Below are positions 1 through 6,300 of a stretch of DNA of 26,549 bases, piece after piece. The stretch covers positions 64,001-90,549 of the IMG/VR virus record IMGVR_UViG_3300032286_000505; one strand, written 5' to 3'. The notes under the pieces are model-generated. The model was not told the origin of the DNA. It searched no databases and was given only the letters and a program-made list of their open reading frames with translations. The position numbers and the translations under genes are program-made. Position 1 is the stretch's first letter. Every line of letters starts with the position of its first letter. The DNA is from a virus (Duplodnaviria > Heunggongvirae > Uroviricota > Caudoviricetes).

Positions 1-174
1 ATCTTTGAAAGATTTAGTCTTAATCATATTCCTGTATATTTTATTGTCAATATGCTGCACTATCACAAAGGGTCGACTACTATGAAATCGATTCTTAAAG
101 ATGATGCAGTTTCAAGACATGAACGAGAACGATTGATCTATGAATCAATTCGTCCTAGCTTGTTCAAACGTTAA
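1..174 (+). CDS. 3' end of a protein-coding gene (partial, function unknown)
   Basis: Open frame 1 from the window edge to TAA at 172-174 (IFERFSLNHIPVY...RPSLFKR*). Confidence 0.6.
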   Translation: MFERFSLNHIPVYFIVNMLHYHKGSTTMKSILKDDAVSRHERERLIYESIRPSLFKR

Positions 175-176
175 TT

Positions 177-252
177 GCCTCTATAGCTCAGTTGGTAGAG
201 CACCGCCTTGATAAGGCGTAGGTCCCTGGTTCGAGTCCAGGTGGCGGCACCA
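177..252 (+). tRNA. tRNA-Ile(GAT)
   Basis: Cloverleaf GCCTCTA/TGGCGGC, D arm GCTC/GAGC, loop TT-GAT-AA, T loop TTCGAGT, encoded CCA. Confidence 0.95.
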
Positions 253-259
253 AATCAAT

Positions 260-335
260 AGTTGAGTAGCATAGCGGCTAATGCGCCACCTTCATACGGT
301 GTTTATCGTGGGTTCGAGTCCCACCTCAACTACCA
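260..335 (+). tRNA. tRNA with CAT anticodon (elongator Met or lysidine-type Ile2; not initiator)
   Basis: AGTTGAG/CTCAACT acceptor, loop TT-CAT-AC, CCA; lacks the initiator 1:72 mismatch and the three G-C pairs in the anticodon stem. Confidence 0.9.
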
Positions 336-354
336 AACAATTAAACTTCTTAGG

Positions 355-426
355 TGTGGCCATGTTGTAATGGTAGCAACCTAGACTGTGACTCTGGTAG
401 TTCGGGTTCGAGCCCCGATGGTCACC
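355..426 (+). tRNA. tRNA-His(GTG); T at -1, C73, no encoded CCA
   Basis: GTGGCCA/TGGTCAC acceptor (356-362/419-425), loop CT-GTG-AC, T arm TCGGG-TTCGAGC-CCCGA; followed by CCT instead of CCA. Confidence 0.9.
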
Positions 427-440
427 CCTAAGAAGTTTAT

Positions 441-518
441 GCCCCTTTAGCCCAATTGGTATGAGGCGTCTCTCTCAAAAGGAGAATCGTGTCGGTTCGA
501 ATCCGACAGGGGGTACCA
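441..518 (+). tRNA. tRNA-Leu(CAA), short variable loop
   Basis: GCCCCTT/AGGGGGT, loop CT-CAA-AA, 5-nt variable region ATCGT, A73, CCA. Confidence 0.9.
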
Positions 519-524
519 TATATT

Positions 525-609
525 GCCTTTGTGGGGGAATTGGTAGACCCGCAGCGTTGAGGTCGCTGTGCCGAAAGGCGTGCTGGTTCGAGTCCAGTCA
601 AAGGCACCA
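525..609 (+). tRNA. tRNA-Leu(GAG), class II
   Basis: GCCTTTG/CAAAGGC, loop TT-GAG-GT, long variable arm GCC-GAAA-GGC, A73, CCA. Confidence 0.95.
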
Positions 610-617
610 AATTAAAT

Positions 618-695
618 GCGGTGGTAGCGCAATAGGTAGGAGGCAACAGACTTAAAATCTGTACAGTACGGGTTCGAATCCCGTTCACCGCACCA
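618..695 (+). tRNA. tRNA-Leu(TAA), short variable loop
   Basis: GCGGTGG/TCACCGC, loop CT-TAA-AA, variable ACAGT, A73, CCA. Confidence 0.9.
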
Positions 696-705
696 AACAA
701 TTTAT

Positions 706-783
706 GCCCTTGTAGCCCAATTGGTAGCAGGCAGTGGCCTTAGAAGTCATACAGTGTCGGTTCGAATCCGACCAAGGGTACCA
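706..783 (+). tRNA. tRNA-Leu(TAG), short variable loop
   Basis: GCCCTTG/CAAGGGT, loop CT-TAG-AA, variable ACAGT, A73, CCA. Confidence 0.9.
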
Positions 784-790
784 AGTCAAT

Positions 791-907
791 GCCGCTGTCG
801 TCTAATGGTTAGGACACTTATAAAAGTGACTCTGCAAGAGTACGTTCAGCAATTTAAAATTCCATTCGAAGGAAGTGATGGAGGTTCGAATCCTTCCAGC
901 GGCACCA
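791..907 (+). ncRNA. tRNA-like RNA (TCG anticodon loop) carrying a 42-nt insertion with the CAGCAA helix motif in permuted order (motif copy 1)
   Basis: Acceptor GCCGCTG/CAGCGGC-A-CCA, D and T arms intact. Deleting 818-859 (or 820-861) gives a 75-nt cloverleaf with stem CTTCC/GGAAG. Insert contains GTGACTCT-GCA-AGAGTAC-GTT-CAGCAA. Confidence 0.8.
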
Positions 908-912
908 AATAT

Positions 913-988
913 AGTTCCTTAGCTCAGTTGGTAGAGCAACACCTCGACACGGTGAAGGTCACAAGTTCAAACCTTGTAGGAACTACCA
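913..988 (+). tRNA. tRNA-Val(GAC)
   Basis: AGTTCCT/AGGAACT, loop TC-GAC-AC (C at position 33), T loop TTCAAAC, CCA. Confidence 0.88.
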
Positions 989-1010
989 TACTTAGAATGT
1001 AAATAGAAAT

Positions 1011-2426
1011 ATGATTATAGATTGCTTTACATTTTACAACGAACTAGACATGCTAGAGTGCCGGCTAGAGTACCTTTACGACAAAGTAGACAAGTTTGTT
1101 CTGGTAGAATCTACCATTACTCATAGCGGTAATCCTAAGCCTATGTACTTTGCTGAAAATAAAGAAAGATATAACAGGTACTTGGATAAGATTATCTATA
1201 TTCCTGTACACATCGATGCTAACAAATATGACTGGGCACATGATCAGGCCAAAGGATTTAGCAATGCCAGTTGGCAAGTAGAGAATTGTCAACGTAATGC
1301 TATCTTAAATGGTCTAAAAGATGTACCAAACACCGCTGTTGTTATGATCAGCGACCTTGACGAAATTCCAAATAGGGACGCAATACCGAGAGCAATAAGA
1401 ATGTTGGAACAAAGACTGGCAGTTTCTTTAGAAACTCGTCAGTTCTATTACAATCTTGGTCAGTGTCTAGTTGAACCTTGGCCCGCAACTGTAGTGGTTA
1501 AGAAACAGATTTTAAATCATGCTAGTCCTCAACAGCTAAGAGATACTAAGAATGGAAATGTGTTGATTAAAAAAGGTGGATGGCATCTAACCTACTTCGG
1601 TAATGTGGATGCTATACGAAATAAGATAATGAATTTTGCCCACCAAGAATATAACAACGAAGCATTTACTGATCCTAGTTATATCGAACAGCGTGTCCAG
1701 AATGGAAAAGAGCTTTACGGTAGACAATTTCCTATGGTAAGAGTAACTCCTAGAGAGTTTCCAGAAAATTTTCTAAATTGTTTTGATAGATATTTAAACA
1801 ACCTTAGAAAATTGAATTTTATCCAAATAGGTGCGGGAGCCGGAGACTTAGATCCTCGTATGGATAACAGAGATGGTTTTACAGAGTATGTAAAAAGATT
1901 AGACAAAAATGCCATTAATAAAATAATACTAGTTGAGCCTAATCCTATTAATATTCCTAATTTAAAAAAGTGCTGGGAAGATTATCCGCAAGCAGAAATT
2001 TATAATATAGGAATTTGTCCTACTTATAGTAATGAAAGATCTATTAAGTTTTATTATACCGATAAGGATGCCCCTCATTATCAAGTGTTTAGTATGGATC
2101 CAGAGCACGTAACTAAACATTATCCTGGAGAAAAACTAAACAGTGTTATTGTAAACTGTGTAACTTTGCAAGAATTAATACATCAGACGATCGAAGAAGA
2201 TAATATTGAATTATTAGCACTAGATATAGAAGGTATCGATGCCGACATTATCCTAGATACTGATTGGAAAAATATAAACTGTAATTTACTATCTTTTGAA
2301 AAGATTCATCTAGGTGATAAAAAAGTTGACGTGGCAAGATTACTATTAGATTCTAAATATTATTTTGTAGGACCTGGTCTTGATCATAATGGCTACGACT
2401 GTATGTATCAAAAAATCTCGCTATAG
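1011..2426 (+). CDS. Glycosyltransferase family 17 (GnT-III-like) fused to a C-terminal FkbM-type methyltransferase
   Basis: N-term IIDCFTFYNELDMLECRL...ISDLDEIP...GWHLTYFG typical of GT17; C-term FIQIGAGAGD...LVEPNP...LLALDIEG typical of FkbM. Confidence 0.8.
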   Translation: MIIDCFTFYNELDMLECRLEYLYDKVDKFVLVESTITHSGNPKPMYFAENKERYNRYLDKIIYIPVHIDANKYDWAHDQAKGFSNASWQVENCQRNAILNGLKDVPNTAVVMISDLDEIPNRDAIPRAIRMLEQRLAVSLETRQFYYNLGQCLVEPWPATVVVKKQILNHASPQQLRDTKNGNVLIKKGGWHLTYFGNVDAIRNKIMNFAHQEYNNEAFTDPSYIEQRVQNGKELYGRQFPMVRVTPREFPENFLNCFDRYLNNLRKLNFIQIGAGAGDLDPRMDNRDGFTEYVKRLDKNAINKIILVEPNPINIPNLKKCWEDYPQAEIYNIGICPTYSNERSIKFYYTDKDAPHYQVFSMDPEHVTKHYPGEKLNSVIVNCVTLQELIHQTIEEDNIELLALDIEGIDADIILDTDWKNINCNLLSFEKIHLGDKKVDVARLLLDSKYYFVGPGLDHNGYDCMYQKISL

Positions 2427-2491
2427 TTCAATGGATAGAATAGGACACTCCTAACGTCTAGATCCAAGTTCGATTCTTGGTAGCGGGTCCA
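2417..2491 (+). tRNA. tRNA-Arg(CCT)
   Basis: CTCGCTA/TAGCGGG, loop CT-CCT-AA, CCA; first 10 nt overlap the upstream CDS. Confidence 0.9.
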
Positions 2492-2510
2492 AAAATATCT
2501 TAAAAAGATG

Positions 2511-2539
2511 TTGACAAGGTAGCAAAAGTTTGCTATAAT
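2511..2539 (+). promoter_or_regulatory. sigma70-type promoter with spacer palindrome
   Basis: TTGACA-17nt-TATAAT; TAGCAAA/TTTGCTA inverted repeat at 2520-2535. Confidence 0.85.
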
Positions 2540-2658
2540 AAACACATGTTAAGAAATTAACGTCAGAAAAGTTGTTCGCTGTAAAGAAAACACTTCTGCT
2601 ATCCTTGGAAATACGTGGTAACGACTATAATCCACGAGCATAGGACCGATAGTCAATT

Positions 2659-2670
2659 TGTTCTTTAAAA
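2659..2670 (+). promoter_or_regulatory. boxA-like antitermination element
   Basis: TGTTCTTTAAAA resembles rrn boxA (TGCTCTTTAACA); located in the leader of a stable-RNA operon. Confidence 0.6.
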
Positions 2671-2690
2671 ATTTTAATGTATAAAGCAAG

Positions 2691-2803
2691 TCTTTATACA
2701 CATACACACAAAGGCGTGGGCCACGCTGATGTAGCGGATTACAGCCTTGGCATTGTCCGAGGTAGGCAGGTTCGATCCCTGTGCGTGTGTAGTTGTATAA
2801 AGA
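2691..2803 (+). ncRNA. tRNA-like structured RNA of unknown class
   Basis: Terminal stem TCTTTATACA/TGTATAAAGA plus TACACAC/GTGTGTA; internal hairpins GCGTG/CACGC, TGTA/TACA, CCTTGG/CCGAGG; T arm GCAGG-TTCGATC-CCTGT; no CCA, no canonical anticodon loop. Confidence 0.6.
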
Positions 2804-2806
2804 TTC

Positions 2807-2881
2807 GGTCTCATAGTATATCGGTTAGTATAATGGCCTGTCACGCCGTAGGGACGAGTTCGATTCTCGTTGAGACCGCCA
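2807..2881 (+). tRNA. tRNA-Asp(GTC)
   Basis: GGTCTCA/TGAGACC, loop CT-GTC-AC, G73, CCA. Confidence 0.95.
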
Positions 2882-2889
2882 AATTTAGA

Positions 2890-2977
2890 GGAGCATTGGC
2901 CGACCGGTTAAGGCAGCAGTTTGCTAAACTGTCGTTCAGAAATGGGCGAGTAGGTTCGATTCCTACATGCTCCGCCA
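2890..2977 (+). tRNA. tRNA-Ser(GCT)
   Basis: GGAGCAT/ATGCTCC, loop TT-GCT-AA, long variable arm, G73, CCA. Confidence 0.95.
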
Positions 2978-3002
2978 ATAATTAATTTGAACTCTCAAGA
3001 TG

Positions 3003-3010
3003 TATAAATA
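3003..3010 (+). promoter_or_regulatory. T4-type late promoter motif
   Basis: TATAAATA 20 nt upstream of the HNH start, followed by a GGAGG RBS. Confidence 0.55.
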
Positions 3011-3029
3011 AATACATCGGAGGTTCGAA

Positions 3030-3542
3030 ATGAAAATATGTCCAAAGTGTAATACAGAGCACGAAAAATCTGGAAAATACTGTTGTAGAAGTTGTGCTAA
3101 TAGCAGATCTTTTACAGCAGAATCAAAAGAAAAAAAGCGCAACAAAACATTGGCATTTTGGTCTCAGTTTGATGATGCTGGAAGAAAAGAGCACCATAAA
3201 AAGAAAATGGCGTTGTATGATTTTGACGAACATCAAAGGCGAGTACAAGAAGCAAATAGAAAACGAGAATGGAGTAAACCTTACGAAGAAATGAGTCATT
3301 CATCGGTTCGTAAAAGATTACTACATGAACGAAATCACACTTGCGAAGAATGCGGAACAGGCAGTGAATATAACGGTAAGCCGTTAAGTTTAGAACTAGA
3401 CCACATTGATGGAAACAATAAAAATAACAAGATTGAAAATTTAAGAATACTTTGTCCAAATTGTCACTCACAAACTCCAACGCACAGATCAAAGAATATT
3501 AAATATAAAAGATTGTTAGTAGAAAAGAATATTGGCATATAG
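3030..3542 (+). CDS. Free-standing HNH homing endonuclease with N-terminal Cys cluster
   Basis: CEECG...LELDHIDGNNKNNKIENLRILCPNCH HNH motif; N-term CPKC...CCRSC; sits between tRNA genes. Confidence 0.9.
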   Translation: MKICPKCNTEHEKSGKYCCRSCANSRSFTAESKEKKRNKTLAFWSQFDDAGRKEHHKKKMALYDFDEHQRRVQEANRKREWSKPYEEMSHSSVRKRLLHERNHTCEECGTGSEYNGKPLSLELDHIDGNNKNNKIENLRILCPNCHSQTPTHRSKNIKYKRLLVEKNIGI

Positions 3543-3608
3543 CTCAGTTGGTAGAGCAATCGGCTGTTAACCGATCGGTCCCTGGTTCGAGCCCAGGTTT
3601 GCCAGCCA
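3533..3608 (+). tRNA. tRNA-Asn(GTT)
   Basis: TGGCATA/TTTGCCA, loop CT-GTT-AA, G73, CCA; first 10 nt overlap the HNH CDS. Confidence 0.93.
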
Positions 3609-3613
3609 AACAC

Positions 3614-3637
3614 TCCTCATCCCACGCTGGGGAGCCA
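3614..3637 (+). pseudogene. Microhelix-like tRNA remnant ending in G-CCA
   Basis: TCCTCA-TCCCACGC-TGGGGA-G-CCA: a 6-bp acceptor-like stem with discriminator and CCA, no arms. Confidence 0.45.
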
Positions 3638-3643
3638 AAACAT

Positions 3644-3728
3644 GCGGGTGTGGCGAAATTGGTAGACGCACCAGATTTAGGTTCTGGCGCCGCAAGGCGT
3701 GTCGGTTCGAGTCCGACCTTCCGCACCA
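3644..3728 (+). tRNA. tRNA-Leu(TAG), class II (second TAG isodecoder)
   Basis: GCGGGTG/CTTCCGC, loop TT-TAG-GT, variable arm CGCC-GCAA-GGCG, A73, CCA. Confidence 0.95.
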
Positions 3729-3744
3729 AATTAAATGAGTAATT

Positions 3745-5115
3745 ATGATTATAGATTGTTTCACGTTTTTTAATGAGTTAGACATCCTAGAGGGACGATT
3801 AGAATATCTCTACGATCAAGTAGACTATTTTGTCATTGTAGAAGGGAATATTACTCATACAGGTAAACCAAAACCTTTGAATTTTCTAAATAATATTTCT
3901 AGATATAAACCTTATCTAGATAAGATCATGTACTTTCCCTGGACATGTGATACAACTAATATGAAGTTTGATCGACCCAAAACAGTTGATTACGGTTCTT
4001 CAAATTGGCAGTTAGAAAACAAACAAAGAAATCATATTTCGGAAGCCTTGAAGTTTTTTGATCATGAAGATATTTGTTTGATCGGAGACGTTGATGAGAT
4101 TCCTAGCAAGCGAGCACTTTACGAGATTAAGAATCTGTTAAAGTTCAATGCTGCGGTAGTTATAGAACAAGAAATGTTTGCCTATAATCTAAATCAAAAA
4201 CAGTTTAGGCCCTGGGCAGGTACAGTGGCTACAAAAGTAGGCATTGCATTATCTCAGACTCCACAGATCATTAGAGATAAGCGTTGGGGAGAAATGCACA
4301 TAGTTAGAGAATCTGGCTGGCATTTGACCTATTGGGGTGGCATAGAAAAAGTACAAGAAAAGATTACTAACTTTGCACATCAAGAATTAGTTGATGACAA
4401 TATCAGTAGTTTAAGTTATATTAAATCTCGTGTCGATACTGGACAAGATTTGTTTGGTAGGAACTTGCCTTATCATAAAGCAGATCCTTACAAAGAGCCT
4501 GTAGATTTTTTACGTGCATTTGGCAGGTATGTCGGAATTCATGTTGACCCTAAACTGATCGCACCTTATGCAGATACTGTAGAAGGTTGGTTTGGTCTTG
4601 ATGATATGAGTTTCTATACTTTTGCCTACGATCAATTGCCTAGCAATTGTCACATTGTAGAAATTGGTTCTTGGAAAGGACGTAGCTCAAGCCATATGGC
4701 TGTTATGATAGCCAATGGTAATAAACAGATCAAGTTTGATTGTGTTGACACTTGGGAAGGTAGCGAAGAGCACCAAGCCAATGCAAAGTTTGAAGACCAA
4801 GACGTTTTAAATAACTCTTTGTATAATACGTTCCTAAAGAATATGGAACCTGTTAAGGGGTATTTTGCGCCCATTCGAGCTACTAGTTTAGGTGCTGCCG
4901 AGCTATATGCAGACGCTAGCCTAGATTTTATTTTTATCGATGCAGCCCACGACTATGATAATGTTCGAGCAGACATTATAGCATGGGCTCCAAAGTTAAA
5001 ACCCGGGGGAATGTTGTCGGGACACGACTATCCATTTCCTGATGTAGAACGTGCAGTAACAGAATTAATAGGTCCAGTTAACGTAATCGGACGTTGCTGG
5101 TACATAAGGAAATAA
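3745..5115 (+). CDS. Glycosyltransferase family 17 fused to a class I SAM methyltransferase (Methyltransf_24-like)
   Basis: GT17 N-term MIIDCFTFFNELDILEGRL...GDVDEIP...GWHLTYWG; C-term VEIGSWKGRSS, DFIFIDAAHDY, GGMLSGHDY. Confidence 0.82.
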   Translation: MIIDCFTFFNELDILEGRLEYLYDQVDYFVIVEGNITHTGKPKPLNFLNNISRYKPYLDKIMYFPWTCDTTNMKFDRPKTVDYGSSNWQLENKQRNHISEALKFFDHEDICLIGDVDEIPSKRALYEIKNLLKFNAAVVIEQEMFAYNLNQKQFRPWAGTVATKVGIALSQTPQIIRDKRWGEMHIVRESGWHLTYWGGIEKVQEKITNFAHQELVDDNISSLSYIKSRVDTGQDLFGRNLPYHKADPYKEPVDFLRAFGRYVGIHVDPKLIAPYADTVEGWFGLDDMSFYTFAYDQLPSNCHIVEIGSWKGRSSSHMAVMIANGNKQIKFDCVDTWEGSEEHQANAKFEDQDVLNNSLYNTFLKNMEPVKGYFAPIRATSLGAAELYADASLDFIFIDAAHDYDNVRADIIAWAPKLKPGGMLSGHDYPFPDVERAVTELIGPVNVIGRCWYIRK

Positions 5116-5116
5116 A

Positions 5117-5338
5117 ATGATTAAGAGTCAGTACACAAATAAACCTCTTGACACAGAAAAATGTGTAGAGAACGTTGGTAACAGATTTGATCTTGTTCTG
5201 ATCGCCAGTGCTCGCGCTCGCGAATTACGACGTGGTCACCAAAAGATGGTAAGTACAGTAAATAGCATACCTATTACAGCTCTTCGTGAAGTTGAAGAAG
5301 GTTACGTGGGTAGAGAGTACTTGAAAAAGGTTCGTTAA
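5117..5338 (+). CDS. rpoZ: RNA polymerase omega subunit homolog
   Basis: 73 aa; NRFDLVLIASARARELRRG...ITALREVEEG matches the omega family pattern. Confidence 0.88.
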   Translation: MIKSQYTNKPLDTEKCVENVGNRFDLVLIASARARELRRGHQKMVSTVNSIPITALREVEEGYVGREYLKKVR

Positions 5339-5339
5339 A

Positions 5340-5510
5340 ATGTCAAAAGGTTCACGTCCAAGACCATATAGTGTTAGTTTAAAAGAATTTGGCAACAACT
5401 ATGATGCCATCTTTCGCAAACCTAGCCCAAAAGAAGTAGAGGACAAGGCTGCTGAAGATGAAGCATTCAAACGTGTCGAAGAAGAAATAAAGCGTAAGCA
5501 GGAAAAATAA
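5340..5510 (+). CDS. Small hypothetical protein (56 aa), not in ORF track
   Basis: ATG 1 nt after rpoZ stop; MSKGSRPRPYSVSLKEFGNNYDAIFRK...KQEK*. Confidence 0.7.
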   Translation: MSKGSRPRPYSVSLKEFGNNYDAIFRKPSPKEVEDKAAEDEAFKRVEEEIKRKQEK

Positions 5511-5512
5511 TT

Positions 5513-5588
5513 GGGGGATTAGCTCATCTGGGAGAGCGGCAGCTTTGCAAGCTGTAGGTGATCGGTTCGAGTCCGATATCCTCCACCA
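5513..5588 (+). tRNA. tRNA-Ala(TGC)
   Basis: GGGGGAT/ATCCTCC with G3:U70, loop TT-TGC-AA, CCA. Confidence 0.96.
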
Positions 5589-5605
5589 ATAATCAAGAGA
5601 ATAAT

Positions 5606-5770
5606 ATGAGTAACACAGAGAAAAAAGAATATCCTTTAACGCCCTGCGGTTGCGGCCGTAGTCCTACTGGATTTTGTTGCGGTTGGCATAATCTCAACGA
5701 AGACGAATTCCGTGAGTCGTTGGCAAAATATGATGCAGGATTGCTTGACAATCCTAGAGAAAACAAGTAA
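5606..5770 (+). CDS. Small CDGSH-like iron-sulfur protein (54 aa)
   Basis: CGCGRSPTGFCCGWH resembles C-x-C-x2-S-x3-P-x-C-D-G-S-H; start moved to 5606 because 5558 lies inside tRNA-Ala. Confidence 0.6.
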   Translation: MSNTEKKEYPLTPCGCGRSPTGFCCGWHNLNEDEFRESLAKYDAGLLDNPRENK

Positions 5771-5773
5771 AAT
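5745..5773 (+). promoter_or_regulatory. sigma70-type promoter inside the CDS 3' end
   Basis: TTGACA-17nt-TAAAAT directly upstream of tRNA-Thr. Confidence 0.65.
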
Positions 5774-5781
5774 ATATACAC

Positions 5782-5855
5782 GCCCTATTAGTATAATGGT
5801 ATTACACCTGTTTTGTAATCAGGTTACGGCAGTTCGATTCTGTCATGGGGCACCA
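5782..5855 (+). tRNA. tRNA-Thr(TGT)
   Basis: GCCCTAT/ATGGGGC, loop TT-TGT-AA, CCA. Confidence 0.93.
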
Positions 5856-5860
5856 GTTTT

Positions 5861-5919
5861 AGGTTAATTACAGCTATACACAATGGCGACTGCTAGGTCA
5901 CTAAACTAGTATTAACCTG
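5861..5919 (+). ncRNA. Helix-CAGCWA motif RNA, minimal copy (copy 2)
   Basis: AGGTTAA(5861-67)-TTA-CAGCTA ... A-TTAACCT(5912-18)-G; internal GACTGCTAG. Confidence 0.7.
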
Positions 5920-5920
5920 T

Positions 5921-6217
5921 CGAACCCGGTTTACTGTTTTACGTTATATAAACAGCGTCCCTGAAACGATAGAACAGGGGGTACACTAGGACCTGACCTT
6001 ACAGTCCCTGTTGGGGGATCCTGAAAACTGCCTAGGGTGAGGAACGCTAACCTTTACCAGAAGAAGAAATACGTGGACAGAGTAACCGCTCAGTTTAGGG
6101 CCTATGTGGTGTAGGTAGCTAGACACTTTAATTAAATACATTTAGCCTAGATGTAATTTAGGTTGTAAGGACTACACACCACCGTTGAGAAAAGTGTTGA
6201 ATGTGTTTAATTAAAGT
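5921..6217 (+). ncRNA. Unidentified structured non-coding region (one or two RNAs)
   Basis: No credible ORF; stems CTGTTT/AAACAG, CCCTG/CAGGG, CTAGG/CCTAG, and an 18-bp stem 6125-6142/6200-6217 enclosing AGCCTAGAT/ATTTAGGTT. Confidence 0.5.
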
Positions 6218-6219
6218 AT

Positions 6220-6293
6220 GCGGGGTTAGTTTAGTGGTAAAACGAGATCCTTCCAAGTTCAAGTCGCGAGTTCGATTCTCGCACCCCGCTCCA
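6220..6293 (+). tRNA. tRNA-Gly(TCC)
   Basis: GCGGGGT/ACCCCGC, U73, loop CT-TCC-AA, CCA; anticodon stem has two mismatches. Confidence 0.9.
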
Positions 6294-6300
6294 AGTTTTT

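Noticed and set aside
437-1002. ORF-track ORFs 437-700(-), 461-655(+), 721-1002(+)
   Set aside because: They lie entirely over tRNA genes; tRNA sequence is often stop-poor; no RBS or protein features
2614-2654. Pistol ribozyme
   Set aside because: It has a CGTGG/CCACG stem with a loop pseudoknot but lacks the following UUAAA linker, GCGU segment and P3 cleavage-site arrangement
5921-6217. tmRNA or RNase P RNA
   Set aside because: No GGGG...CCACCA tRNA-like ends or tag ORF; no GAGGAAAGUCC core
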